Below, in pieces: positions 46,793 through 61,261 of a stretch of DNA of 64,000 nucleotides. Position numbers and translations under genes: made by a program. The stretch comes from Salpingoeca rosetta (taxonomy: Eukaryota; Protista; Choanoflagellata). The notes beneath the pieces were generated by a model. The model made no database searches and was not told where the DNA came from. It saw nothing but the letters and a program-made list of their open reading frames with translations. The first letter of the stretch is position 1. Each line of letters opens with the position of its first letter. Location: positions 605,719 to 669,718 of the forward strand of contig JAWQFM010000020.1 of NCBI GenBank assembly GCA_033442325.1, written 5' to 3'.

Positions 46793-47309
46793 TACACACA
46801 CACACTTTCCCTCTGGTAGGTACCTTCAGATCTTGCGCAGCGAGGTGGAAAATGCTTTTGCCAAAGCGAGTCATTGGTCCGGACTTGGGCTTCTTGAGGG
46901 CCTGCAAGAGCTGTGCCTCAAAGTCCTTGTACGTGTAGCGACGTGCCGATGTCATGCCCGGTGTTCGCGGAGACGAGGCCACGTGCGGTGACGGTGGCGG
47001 CGGGTGGCCTGTGCGTGGGTACATGCCCCTACCTGGCGTGGGTGTATGAGGGAATCGAGGCATGCCGCCAGGCGCAGGCGACGCCAATGTCGGCGGCATA
47101 CCGGGCATGCGCGGCATGGTGTGTGGCGTGGCTGCTGCTGTTCTTGGCGTCGAAACCGGTGGCATTGGCCTCGTTGGAGGCGGCATACCCGGGGATTGCG
47201 CCGGCATGGAGCCGGGTGGACGTGGCGGCGGCGCTCCATGCGGCATCGCTGATGACGGAGCCGTGGTCGTCGTTGTGGGCGCTGCTGGTGGTCGTGGTGG
47301 CTCTGCCAT
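44528..47309 (-). CDS. TAF4: TAF4-like TFIID subunit (histone fold) with Pro-rich N-terminus and AT-hook, 6 exons
   Basis: [18 protein letters not shown] matches the TAF4 pre-histone-fold motif (D…AGVN..EE…L). It is followed by histone-fold-like LQPYIDRLV…[31 protein letters not shown]-hook KRPIGRPRK; weak C-terminal CCTD-like segment. Confidence 0.68.
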
Positions 47310-47692
47310 GTTTGGTGGTGCTGGGTGTTATCTTTGGTTGGTGGTTGCTGAAAATTATGCCAAATCGTTCGTTAATTCTCCTTATGCCACGAGAGCGGGC
47401 AACCAGTGACTTCTTGGTGAGTGGAACGTTCTCACGCTCGCTGTAGTGTGTGTGGATGTGCGTGTGTGTGTATGTGCGCGTGTGTGCGTGTGTGTACATA
47501 CGTGTGTGTGTGTGTGTACATACGTGTATGTACTCGTGTGTACGTGTCAGTGAATCGTTCATGCGATGACTTTGTGCACGCTTCGCGCTTGCGTGTGTTC
47601 TTGCTTCATGCCACACCACACTCACGATGCGTTGCCTGCTTTCATTCTTGTCCATCGCACACCATGCAGAAGAGCTACGCGCACACACACAC

Positions 47693-47729
<37 letters not shown>

Positions 47730-47768
47730 AACAGCAACGCATCAAGGCTTACACAACACACATACACC

Positions 47769-48653
47769 ATGAAGCTGGTTCGCTTTCTCATGAAGCTGTC
47801 AAACGAGACAGTGACAGTGGAGCTGAAGAACGGCACTGTCGTTCACGGCACTGTTGCAGGTGCGTCTCATGCCACAATGCAATAGCACAACTCATCACAT
47901 GGGCCTGCTGCTGCATGTATACACGCAAGCACAATGTGTACGCAAGCACGCACACTGCCGACTCAATTGTTCTTGATCCTGAGGTGGCTATGGTTCTCGA
48001 ATGATGATGGCTGACACGCTGTGCATCTCGTGCGATCCGTTTGTTTGATGCACTTCTGATGGCTTTGCTTGCTCATTCCCCTCTGGGCATGATTCCCTCT
48101 CTTCGATGTCGTGTTTGGTCTTTGGTCGGCACATGTGCAGGCGTGGATGTGGCCATGAACATGCACATGAAGACGGTGAAGATGTCGATCAAGGGCCGTG
48201 AGGCAACGGCACTCGACACACTCACGGTCAGAGGAAACACAATTCGTCACGTCATCCTGCCAGACAGCCTACCTTTGGACACCCTCCTCATCGACGACAC
48301 CCCAAAGATCAAGGCGAAAAAGAAAGAAGGTGTGTGTGTGTGTGTGTGTGTGTGAATGAATGTGTGAATGAGTGAGGTTTGCTTTTGCATGTGGTATGTG
48401 TGTGTGTGAAAGAGTGAGGTTTGCTTTTGGATGTGCATGTGTGTGTGTGGTGTGGGTGCTCTGTATCTGCGCTACATCTACTCGCGTTGTTGCTTGCCTT
48501 GTCCCGCCTCAATCGCATGCACAGCACACCACACACTCATCCAAACTACCCGCACTCCACGTCGTTTGCTGCGCTGCAGTTGCTCTTGGCCGTGGCCGTG
48601 GACGTGGGCGGGGCCGTGGTCGCGGCCGCGGTCGTGGTCGTGGCCGCAGATAA
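47769..48653 (+). CDS. SNRPD1: Small nuclear ribonucleoprotein Sm D1, 3 exons
   Basis: [30 protein letters not shown]|[14 protein letters not shown]…[29 protein letters not shown]…|VALG(RG)n tail. Confidence 0.98.
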
Positions 48654-49488
48654 GCTGCTGGCACACCATCCAACCCAAGCACGTCAAGCATGCAGTGTTG
48701 CTGGCGATGGCCGCTGTTGGCTGTTGTCCCCACACCGTTCGTGTTTTACTGCTCCATTCTTCGCTCTCTCATCACTCCCTGTTGTGCCCTTGATCGCAAC
48801 TTGTGCTGAACATGCCTTGGCGCGATGCTGAATGTATGCGTAGTGTGTGTGTGTGTGTGCGTGTGTGCGTGTGTATGAGAGTGCCGATTGACAGAGAGTT
48901 GAGTGCGCCTGGCTTTTGTCGTGGTGGTTGTGTTGTTTGTTCAGCGTGCTGCTTGTGGTTCGTGGATGTCTGTTGCTCGTTGTGTGCTCGCTCCACTGCT
49001 GTCATGTGCGGAGGATTGTGCGCTGATTGCTCCAACGTAGGAAGCGTCTCACTTCTTTGTGTGTCTGTGCGTGTCGTTGTTCCTCCGTGTCGCTTTTCCC
49101 TTGTGTGTGTGTGCATCAGTCCAAGCGCCAGTGTAACGAATGCTTCTTAACACTTGTTTGTATTGCGGTTAACATCATCAACGCGGGGAAACGAGGGAAG
49201 CGCTTGCGTTGCACAAGCGCTGATGTGTGATCATCACACCAGGCACAGTCGACAGCGTATACACACATGCGTTACATGTGTTGTCGTGTGGGCGTGTTCG
49301 CACGAGCATGCACGTGCCCAGCACATGCATACACATGACAATCCAAAACCAAACACAGCAAAAGGAGCAAGCGACACGGGGGAAAGAAGGCAGGCGCAAC
49401 AAAAGCCAACGAGGAAGCACCATCATCACCAGCATCATCATCACCAGCATCATCATCACCAGCATCATCATCATCATCATCATCATCA

Positions 49489-52400
49489 TCATGCGTCTGG
49501 GTTGCCGAGTTTGCCGAGGTCACGGCACACGGCAAGATACGAGTCTTCTTCCTCCTCGTCGTCGTCAGCGCCATCGCCGCCCTGCACATCAAAGTATGCG
49601 TCCTGTTGGTGGTGGTGGTGTTGGTGGTGGAGAATATGAGTGTGGATGGATGGTGAGCACAACGCTGACAAGTGAAGCGAGCAGACACACACATACAAAC
49701 ATACATACATACATACATACATACATACATACATACACACACATACATACATACACACACATACATACATACACACACATACATACATACACACGCATAC
49801 ATACATACATACACACACAATAAGCAAGCAAATGAGTGCACGCACTTGATCGAGAGGAATGCCCGAGGAATCGACGTCGAAATAATCTGCACGTGACGCG
49901 ACACAAGACGCAGTTGAGGGAAAGAATTACATGTATACCATATGTACAGGCATGACAACACGCACACACGCGCAACACACATGACACACACACACACATG
50001 ACACACGCATACACACAGAATACCCTCTCAGAGGACACACGGCCACACAGTAAGTACTCTTGTCACGGGTCGTTCGTTCATTCCTTCAATCAATCATTCC
50101 ACGCCACAACGCACCTGCGTCCTGAAAGAGCGGGTTGCGGCGGCTAACGTCGCCAAAGTTCTCGCCGTTGCTGTTGGTAATTGGGCAATTGGGCAATTAG
50201 GCAAGGGAGGTGATGCAGGTGGTGAATATGTTGTCATGCACGCGTTGGCAACACAGATACATGCACATCACACACACGCGCGCGTACGAACCACATAAAC
50301 CACACAACACACAATACACACATGAACAAACACCTCCACACGCATGCCCAACATCGTGCCCTGATGCTCACCGCATGGCTGCTTCAATCTGCATGTAGCT
50401 TTCATCATCGTCCTCGTTTGCAATCTGAAGGTAGGCGCCATCGCCGCCACGTTGGGCACTGGAGCCCTTGGAATCATCATCACCACCCACTTGGAAGTAC
50501 GATCCGTCAGCACCCGTGGCCTTTCCTCTGCCATCGCCATCTGCCCCGTCCACGTCAAAGTAGTTGCCGCCACCACTGCACGCATCATCATACACACACA
50601 GACGCGCAGACACGTACACAGCACGCAAGCACACGACACGGAGAAAGGTTGGTGAGGTGTGTGACTGACGCGTTGAGAAGCGAACACATACACACACCTT
50701 CACATTCACTCACAAACACATTCACAAAACACATTCACATACACATGCATACACATACATACACATGCGTACACAGGGGCGCTCGCACGACTGCACAACC
50801 CAACGTTCAACCGCCATCAAGGGTTCACGTACGTTCCCGGCGTAAATGAGGAGTACATTTCCACAACTGTCTCGCGTTGAGTTGGCAGCTCCTGTGGGCG
50901 CGGTCGTTTCAAAACCAAGATGATCGTCATGTGAATGGAGAAGGCGCTCACGCGACACACGCAAAGCGATCGCGAGCAACGTTTCAAGGGAGATGCACAT
51001 GTAACGTGTTCGCATGCATGTACTTCTCGTGTACACACACACACACACACATACACACGCGGACACAATCACAAGTACACGCATGCACACACACATACAC
51101 ATACACGCGGACACAATCACAAGTACACGCATGCATTCAACATTACAGCCACAACAGCGCACCTTTGCGACGCCATCGTTGACCATCAGACCAATGTCGC
51201 GGAACTCGGGGTTGTTGGTGCGCGCCTGAAATTGCATGCAGGCAACCCAATGGAAGGTGTGAACCTCTCACAAGCAGAGCACTTGGATTTGTCATGCATG
51301 TCAACACAAACAACTCACACGACACAGGCATACACACACACACAAACGAACACATAACACAGACATACACACACCACCACCAAACACACACGACAAACGT
51401 GCACACACACACAACCACACATACACATACGCACACTCAACCACATCCACACAGCACCACCGGCGAGTGCCAGCACCTGCTCGGCCTGGAGGAGTTTGTG
51501 GAGACGACCACGAAGATCACGGAAGGAGCAGCGGTCTTTGGCCTCGGCCGTCCAGCACGTGAGCATAACCTGATACAGCTCATCGGGGCACCCAAAGTTC
51601 TGCAGAATGGGATCAAGGGCATTGGGGGAGGGGGATGAGGTGAATGTGAGAACGAAGAGCACACAGAGGGAGGGCTGGGTGAGCATGTGAAATGTACCAT
51701 GAAAGGGGAACTAGAAAAGCACAAACTGTCACACATAATACATACAATACATTCATACACGCAGAGACACACAGATGGACACAGACACACACAGAGAGAC
51801 ACACACACCCACACCAAACACCACAGGCAAATAATCACACGCCACTCACGCTCGGCTGTTCGAGTCGCGTGCCCTGCTTGAGAATACGACGCATCTCCTT
51901 GTTCTTGAACTGCTGATACGGGGGCATGCCATATGTGGCAATCTCCCACATGGTCACACCGCACGCCCTTTGGGTTTTAAGCATGAGCGTGAGTGAGGAA
52001 GGGAGGTAGGATCAAACACGCAAGTAAATAAACGTATGCGCAGCACAAACTGCAACTCGCTGTCACCCAGTTGCACACGCACGCACACACGCACGCACGC
52101 ACGTACACACGCACACACACACGCACGCACACGCGCGCACACACGCACGCACGCACACACATACACAACGCACCAGACGTCTGAGGCCTCTGAGAAGATG
52201 AGCTGGTTGAGGCACTCCACAGCCATCCATTTGGCGGGAAGTTTCACGGTCATGTTTGGCTTCAGCTTGTAGTACTCTTTGCCCTCGTCAAACGGTTTGG
52301 TCTGCAACAAGTGCGAAGAGGAGGAAGAGGCATTGAATTACGCGTGAGTTTTGTTTGGGGGGCGCAGGTGTGTTTGTGTGTGTGTGAGTGAGTGTGTGTG

Positions 52401-52698
52401 TGTACATGTGTGTGAGTGTGTGAGTGTGTACATGTGTGAGTGTACATGCGTGAGTTAGAGAGTGTGTGTGTGTGTGTTTGCGTGCTTGCCTTCAATGACA
52501 ATGCGCTATCGTCTCGCATTCACACGCACCAGGCCGAAATCGCCAATCTTGAGGATGTTCGTTGTGTGCAGCAGGCAATTTCGCGCAGCAAGATCCATGT
52601 GCACAAGCCGCTGCAATTGGAAGGCACAAAGTGAGTTCGAGAGAGCGAGTGTGTGTGTGTGTGTTGTGAGTGTGAGTGTGAGTGTGAGTGTGTGTGTG

Positions 52699-52766
<68 letters not shown>

Positions 52767-53085
52767 CGGCATGTTTACACGGAGACAAGAAAAGAGAAAA
52801 GAAACCACGGCCACGGCGCCACGCGCCAGCAGCAGACTCACCTTGGATGCGAGATACGTCATACCAGACGTGAGCTGCAGCATGAGGTTGAGCTGCTCTC
52901 CGTACGTCAACTTGATGCCCTTCTCACGGGCAGCCTACAGGTGCAGGTGTGTGTGTGACAGCGTGAGAAAAAGAGAGACACTATATTGGTTGCAAAACCC
53001 AGAGCACACAAGCAATCCACTCACACACTCGTCTGCTGCCTTACGCACGCACCCACACACATCAAAACACAAACAAACACATACG

Positions 53086-53152
<67 letters not shown>

Positions 53153-56100
53153 CACACACAAGCACACACACACACACACACACAAGCACAAAGCGCAATT
53201 CTGAGACGACAGGTGCATCATCCAACGTACCACGAGGACGTTCTTGACGTCACCGTAACGCATAAACTCGAGCACGACGAGCCACGGCATGTGGTTGACA
53301 GACACGCCCACCAACGACACCTGATGAGCATGGACCGCAGGCACACATATCCACATACATGCGAGATGCACAGGCACACATCCACACATCCACAAGAGCA
53401 CGCGACAACAATGTTTTGCAATGGTTGATTAAGGCGGTGACGTGAGCTTCTGCTTGGTGAATTGGGGCGTTGACACAACACCAGCGCATGCGCTGACTGG
53501 CTGTTGCTTGATGCCGCCAACGACCATTGATTACCACCTTCCACGACCATGAACAACGAGACGGGTGACTGACGAGGTTTGGGTGGTCGAGTTTGCTCAT
53601 GGTGATGGCCTCAGCAAGGAAGTCTTCCTGGTCCAGCTCCGACGCACCAGGCCTGATGGTGACGTGTTGGTGATGATGATGTGATGATGGTGACGATAGT
53701 GGTGGTGGTGGTGATGGTGGTGAACCAAGGGGAGTGGTAAAAGCGAGTGGATTTGTTGGATGATGTGTTGAGGCTGGCTTTGATTGACAGCACACATCTC
53801 ACCAGATGCTCACCGAGAACTATGTGCACGGAGAACTACAGCACAACCCTACCTATCACACACACACACGCACGCACACACACACACACACACGCACTCA
53901 CGGACCCACACACAGACACACACGCATACCTGAGAAGCTTGACGGCGCGGTGTTTCTGGCTGACTTTCGTTCCCTTGCGGATGCGTTGCAACGCGAGCCA
54001 CACCGTGCCAAACTGACCTGCACCGAGCACCTTGATCGCTTTGATGTCACGCCGCGAGATGAGCAGGTGTGGCGGGAACAGATCCGAGATGTCCAACTCG
54101 CTCTTTGTCGTTGCATTGAAGGGGTTGTCTGCCTCTGCCCGTTGCATCTCCTCCATGCAGATCTTGAATGCAAACGCGGCTGTCTTGCAAATCTCCCGCG
54201 CAGCGCCGGGCGGGCACTAACGCGTGCAATTCGAACATGAATGGGGATATGGGCGGTATGTGTGGTGAGTGCTTCAGCCATAACGCCAGTGATCAAGTCG
54301 CAGGCTCAATCCACGGTGGCGCACTCACAAGTGAACAACGCACAAGCAAACATACACGACACACACACACACACATACAAGATTGTACACCTTAAAGAGA
54401 TGGCAGACGGTTCGAGAGAGCTTTTCATCGCGCGCAATGTACGCAAAGATGTCGTGCTCAGGGTTCTGCAAGCATGGTGGAAGTAGCGAAAGTGGCAGCG
54501 GTGGCAGCGGTGGTGGTGGTGGTGGTTGCATGTGAGTAATGGGAATGCGGGTAGAAGGTAGTGTGGTGGACTGGTGATCCGAACAACATGTGCAAGTGTG
54601 TAGTGACCCACGCACGTGCTTTCTGTCGTAGCCGCTGTGCAGATGTGTGCTGAAGGCAATGTCGCGAATGTACGTGAAGTGAAGCACATCGCCTGTGGCC
54701 AGTTCCACAACCCTGTTACGTGACGCACATGGCATGGCATGGCATGATGTGTGGTGCCGCATGTGAGTGTAATATGTGTTGCAGCGAGGGCATGACAACG
54801 CAAATCACACCAGCACTACATATGCGTGTTGACGTGTTTGCATTCGAGAGAAGGACAGTGAGAAAAACACACAAACAAGTGCCCAAACACACGCCCAGAC
54901 ACTCGCTCGCATACACACATACACACGCATACGCACGTACAACCCCTCTCAAACATGTTCGCACCTGACACCCTCGGTTGTCATGACGAGCACGATGCGG
55001 TCGCCAACAGCGGTCCAGTCGTCCTCTTCCCCAAGCTTGAGCACGTGCTGGAATTTGGTCTTCAGGTCCAGCATTGCGCGTGACGCAACCTGGTTGCCAA
55101 CGGCGTCTGGTCACGGAAGTGATGGACGGCGGGTAGTTGGTGGCGAGTTAGCGTGGAGGGTGTGAGAACAAAAGAACAGGCAACGATGACTATGTGGAAG
55201 TGCGTGTGCGTGTTGTGCACGGGAGTACATATAACTACATGCTTTCCTGCTTTCTGTATGCATTTCTGCATGCAGGCACTGAGTCCTCACCTTTGACACG
55301 AACAGCGCCCAAGTACTTGAGCTCATGCACGCCAATGGGCGGTTTGTGCTGTCAAAGAATACACGCAACAAACACAAGCATGCTCGTGAGAGCCCGCACA
55401 CAAACACACAGAAGTGCAGCGAGTGTTGGGGGATGCAGCTGCCTTTAAAACCAACACCGTTTAATGACGACCACATCCACAACACAGCAATGCCATCACA
55501 AGCATCGCTCGCATCGCTCACATCGGCAACATCTCTGAGAGTAGCGTCACTACTGTTACTCACCACTTCCTTGCGTCTGCGGCCACGCGGTTGCGTAATG
55601 ACTTTTCCTTCGCGGATGGCGCGCTCTCGCTCGCGGGCCACGCACCGATGCGCAGCAGCTGGTTGAGATGGTGGTTGTTGTTGTCATGGTGATGATGGTG
55701 GTGGGGGGGGGTGGTGGTGAATGACAAGGTTCACAATGATGGTGTGCGTGGCTGCTTGCATGCTGTTGTATACGTGTTTCCCTGTCTGCGTAGCACAGCA
55801 AACACAACCTCGCCCCACACATGCACTCACCGAAGCATGTTGCGATGGCATCAAAGCCTGTGATGAGACGGAGGACGTGACAGTAGCCAAAGCCAAGCTT
55901 GGGGTCGTTGACAATGTAGTAGAAGTGGGTGTTGTCACGCGGATCCAACAAGCTGTCGAGGCAATGGATGGTGACAACAGCCAGTGGAGGCACCACATGT
56001 GAGTAACGGTGACAGCAGCATGTACAACCATCCCAGCACACGCGCATGCGACATGACACACGCGGTAACACACAAGATACTGCAGACATTCACACACACA

Positions 56101-58064
56101 TTGAAACACATACACACACATGCAAACTTATACACACATACACACACATACACACCATATGTACACACGCACATGCACATGATACACATACACACGATAC
56201 ACAGAGTTGCGCACCTGTATGAGACGTGCTTGATTGGGGACTCTTGCAAGTGGTCGCCAGTGTCTCTCTCCACCATCAGCACCTGCGCCTCCGTGACCAC
56301 GAGTGTCACCTCCTTGGCGTCCATGCCAAAGTCTTTCACGCGAGCAGCAGCCTGCTGCACAACGCGGAAGCCTTCAATGTCTTTCACCTGCAGGGATGTG
56401 ATGCGGCGTGGTGTGATGTGACACAATATTGACGGTTGTGGTCAGGTATTGTTGTGCTGATGAGTAATGGCGGATGAGGCCACAAACCAACATAAATAGC
56501 CACTGACTCCATGAAGTCCTCAAGCATCGGTCAAGGCACACGCACGCACACACGCACACACACACACACATGCACACACACACACACACGCACATGCACA
56601 TGCACACACACACGCACACACATGCACATGCACATGTTCAAGCACCAAACGAGCACGTGAGATGAGAGCGAAACATACAGGAATGCCGCCGCGATAAACG
56701 GCCTTGAAGCAGCCGATGGCAGAGTCAAGATAGCTCGCGTCCACCCACGCATCTGACATGCAGACATGCAGAGAGAGAGAGAAAGGGGGGGGGTCAAGAA
56801 TGAGACGCCGACATGTTGGGTGGGATGGAAACGAGTGGCGGTGGTGAGTGTGTTGGCGTGTGGGTGACGTGAGGTTGGTGCTTGTTGTGGCCATGCACAC
56901 ATGTTGGTGTTGTGGCAATTGTCTCTTGTGTGAACGATACTGGAGAAAAAGGGAGGGGGTAACCTGCTTGTGTCACCCTCACATCATGCAAATGAACACA
57001 CACGCATGTATTGGTGCATGGTGTACCGGCATCGGCGAAGATGCGGCCCTGCTCCTCTTCCTCTTCGCCAGCAACGTCCGTGTACAGTTCGCCGCCCTGG
57101 TCACGTGTTGGATCGGCCTCCTCATACACGACAGGCATGATGGGAGTGCCTGGCCCAGTTGGAAGCGGGGCGGGGGTGGATGAAGGATGAGTACGCAATG
57201 AATGAATGAGGGATGACATCTCAGAGAGATGGTATGTGCGCATGTGTGTGTGAACGAACGCATGCAGGACACTTGTCATACACACACATGCACACACAAA
57301 GGGACTTTGCGTACTTGCGGCGATGAGCATGGCCTCTGCCTCTGCTCGTGATCCTTCGGCAACCATGTCGGCAATGGCGGCGTTGCAAGCCTTGACAAAG
57401 ACTTTGCCCTGTTGTGTCGAACACGCACGCGCGTATGACTGGTCGTGAGAGGGAAGTTGCACATGCTTACAAACGCGTGCATACACACGATTGCATGCAC
57501 ACATACATACACACGATTGCATGCACACATACACACACCACCACCACCACGAACAACGCCATGCCCAATGCACACATTCCCCACCACACACACATTCCCC
57601 ACCACACAAACAAACAAACAAACAAACAAACAAACAAACAAACATACAAACAAGCGCATACACATGAACACACAGACACATGCACTGACGTTCTTCTTGA
57701 GGGAGAAGGTGTAGCAATCCATCTTGTTGGTTCGTGACTCGTGGTAGATGAAGGAGAAGAGATGCTTGTTGCGAGGATCTGTGCACACCCATGAGAGGTT
57801 GTTCAGAGGAACCTTCTTGATGAGCTCTTTTGTGTTGCGGTCATCAACGTAGATGCCCTTGTCTGTGATGACAATGTTAACGGCCTGGGGCTTGAGCTTG
57901 AGGGCGTGAATGCGAGACACGGCGTCCATGCACACGGCGTTGCCCTTTGGCTCCGAGCACGGCACGCTGCCATGGTAGCGCGCCTCAAAGCTGGCACGCA
58001 CGGTGCCACGCGTCGCTGCTGCCAACGCATTGTTGTTGTTGGACCGGCTGATCCGGCGCATCAT
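49489..58064 (-). CDS. HM-motif tyrosine kinase (HMTK family): three PTB domains, TK domain and Tyr-motif tail, >20 exons
   Basis: PTB1 [10 protein letters not shown]…, PTB2 [11 protein letters not shown]…YCHVL, PTB3 [11 protein letters not shown]…VCHLFK. Kinase motifs [32 protein letters not shown] (HMD replaces HRD), [41 protein letters not shown]. The HM catalytic loop plus tandem PTBs defines the choanoflagellate HMTK family. Confidence 0.92.
49688..49818. repeat. (ATAC)n/(CA)n compound microsatellite in the last HMTK intron
   Basis: Directly visible. Confidence 0.9.
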
Positions 58065-58722
58065 CCTGCCCGGTGCTCTGGGTTTGGTGCTCTGGGTTCG
58101 GTGCTGTGGTGCTGTGGGTGGGTATGTGTTTGGATTCTTCCTCTGTGTTGAGGGTTGTTTGCGGGCTGCGCTTCTGTTGAGAGTAGTGGAAGGTCGTCGG
58201 TTGGTTGGATGGAAGGATGTGAGCGAGCGAGGACGACAACGGCGGTGGTGGTGATGTTCAGGAGTGGCTGGCTGGCTGGTGTTTGGTTCTCAACACCAAC
58301 ACCAACACAACAACATCAACACCTTGTCCGCTCGGCATTCCACTCGTTGCGCCATCGCCACCGCCATCGCCACTCTTCGCTTGTCCGGAATCCAACAGCA
58401 AGCGTGTGCGACTACTTTTCATGCTGCAGTTTGCGTGGTTGTTATTTTGTGTTTTTTTTTCCTCGTCGTACGACCTACCACCCCGTTTGGCTTGGCCTTG
58501 TTGCTGTTGTCTTATTGTGTACTGTTAAAGGCATTGCCTTTTCTGGTGTGGGGACACTGGGGCGATGAAGAGCGACGGCGGTGTGATGTGACATTTGCAC
58601 GCGGCACAAAGAACAAGAGAAGACATACTGACACACAGGATAGTAGGGCAAACGAAGTTTACATTGCGCAGTGGAAATCAAGCACCCACACACACACACT
58701 CACCCACACACACACACACACT

Positions 58723-58783
<61 letters not shown>

Positions 58784-58879
58784 ACACACAAGCACTCGCA
58801 CACTCTCTCAGACACTCACTATATACATACATACAAAGGACAGAGACACCCACTCCCAATCACAATCAGGCAGGCTGAG

Positions 58880-60240
58880 TTACAGTGTAAACACACTATC
58901 TTCTTCTTCTTCTTTTCCTTCGACCGACGGTACCTTCGCAGCAGCCGGAGCAGCGACGTTGGCGTTGCTATTGCTGTTGCTGATGTTGGCGCTTGAGTTG
59001 AGAGCGTTCAACGGCCGCGCCGCCATCTCGCTCTCGTCGGTCGTGGCGTCGTGGTCAGCTTCCGACAATGCGGTGGTGGTCGCGTCCTTGAGCTCTTCAG
59101 CACTGGTGCGTTGGACGTAGGATGACGCCGACAAGGAAGAGGACGAACGCTTGGCGCGCACGAGTCCGCCCATGCCATCATCGCCGGTGCTGCTCGTGCT
59201 GTTGCACCGTCGCCCCTGCCGCTGTCCCGCGCTGCTGTTGCTTTGCATGCTTGGCGCAAACTCGTGCGCGGAGGTTGATCGAAGGGCGGGGAGCGTGCTG
59301 AAGCTTGCTCGCTTCTCCTCCACGGAAGACTTGGACGGCGCAAGCTGGTGCAGCATGCTTTTCTTCCGGCGCAGGTTCTCTGCACGGAGCAGCTTTTGCG
59401 CCACCACCGCCTGCTGCGCCCGCCCCTTGTTGCGGAAGATGCGCTGCACGTGTGGCGGCTGCTGCGCAATCCATCCCTTCAGCGGCTTTGAGCTTGCCAG
59501 CACAGACTCCAGCTCGTCTGCCTCTGCGGGCTCAAGGTGGACGTGAGATACAGAGGCCCTCCTGTCCTCTCTGTCTGACGTTTCCTCCCTGGTACGTCTG
59601 TCGGCATTGGTGCTGCGCGTTGTGCTGCGATCGTCGCTGCCGTCGCTCTCACATTCGCTGCCGCTGCTACTGCTGCTGCTGCTGGTGGTGCTGGTGTCAC
59701 CGTCGCTGTCGGTCAAGCCCTGACCATCCTCACACCCGCTGCCGTTTCCGTGTGCGTCGTCGCCGCCACCCAGTACGGCCTTGCGCTTGGGCGTGGACGT
59801 GGGTACAAAGGGCGGTGTGCTGTCGCCGCGAGCAGTAGTCGTAGCTGATGCGTGTGGCGGTGAGAACACGAGCACTGGCGAGGAGAGCGAAGGTTGTGGC
59901 TGCGATATGTTCCCATCGCGGCTGTCATCGTCTTTGCTGTTCGCCCGTGCCGAAGCATGGTGATGATGGTGGTGGTGGTGGTGGTGATGGTGGTGGTGGT
60001 GGTGGTGGTGATGGTGGTGGTGGTGGTGTTGTTGTTGCTGTCCTTGTTGTCCATGTGACTGTTGCTGGTCGTAGTGGTGGGTCGCTTGGGAGTTGCCCTC
60101 CACGGCAGATGCAGTGGTCTGCAGCTCAACTTGTTCCACCACCTCCCGCTCGAGCCGTTTCTCAACCTCACGCTCCTCATCTGTCCGATCTTCCGTCTCC
60201 GTTTCTTCTGCGTGTTGCTGTTGTTGTTGCTGCTGTCTGC

Positions 60241-60281
<41 letters not shown>

Positions 60282-61178
60282 GGCAGTGGTTGTGTCGATG
60301 CGTCGTGCTTGTGGTGATGCTCGTGGTGATAATGGTGGTGCCCATGCTCATGCGTGTGCGTTTCAGATGGAACAACAGACTGCTGGTCTGTGTGGCTTCC
60401 GTCAACTGTGTCAGCTGTGCTGCTGTGGATGTCGAGGAGGAGTGAAATGTCCTGCGTCATGCGCACGGACCTCCGCTTGCGCCTGGAAGTCAAACGCAGG
60501 TCACGCAGCAGCACCTGCGCCATGGTGTCGCCGCTCACCGAATGCTGCTTCACCTCGCTCATGGTGGTCTCCATCTTCTCCAGCTCCAGCTCCAGCGCTT
60601 CCCGGAGCGCAGCCCTCGCCTTTGCATCAGGCAGGCGCAGCAACAGGTCCTCCGGCAAGTACGTCTTCCACGTGTGGTGGTCGATGAAGTAGTCGCCCAC
60701 CACCTCGTCGTAGCCCCGGCTCCAGCCGCTTGGGAGACGAAACTGCCCATTTGCATCCACAAAGACCTCTCGTGCTTGTGGCCCAGGAACCCGAGCACTG
60801 CTGGTGCTGATGTTTGTGTTGTCAAGCTCGCTCATCCGTGGATGAAGCCACTGCCATTGTGTATTTGCGCGTGAATATTTGGTTGTATGTTGGTGTTTTG
60901 TTATGTGTGTGTGTGTCGATGTTGTTGTGTGGTTGTGTTTGTGTGTGTGTGTGTGAGTGTGAATGTGTGTGTGTTGATGTGTGTGGTTGTGTTTGCGTTG
61001 GTGTGTGTGTGTGTGTGTGTGGTTGTGGTTAAGGCGATGGCCGCGAATGCTGATGCTGCACAGCACACCACACACACACACACACACGCTCAGCCACTTG
61101 TTCGACAAGTCAATACAAACAAACAACTCCTCATGTAACGGCATGCAACGACACGAACGCCAGAGCGACCAATCATCC

Positions 61179-61261
<83 letters not shown>

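Noticed and set aside
48001-48059. Possible box C/D snoRNA in SmD1 intron 1 (ATGATGA … CTGA)
   Set aside because: No terminal stem, the internal D'/C'-like boxes leave no room for a guide, and ATGATGA is common in this genome; would need small-RNA reads.
58065-58879. Fusion of the WW gene with the downstream PTB kinase into one gene (same strand)
   Set aside because: The WW gene has a clean stop after DSVFTL and the kinase has its own ATG; no convincing linking splice sites.
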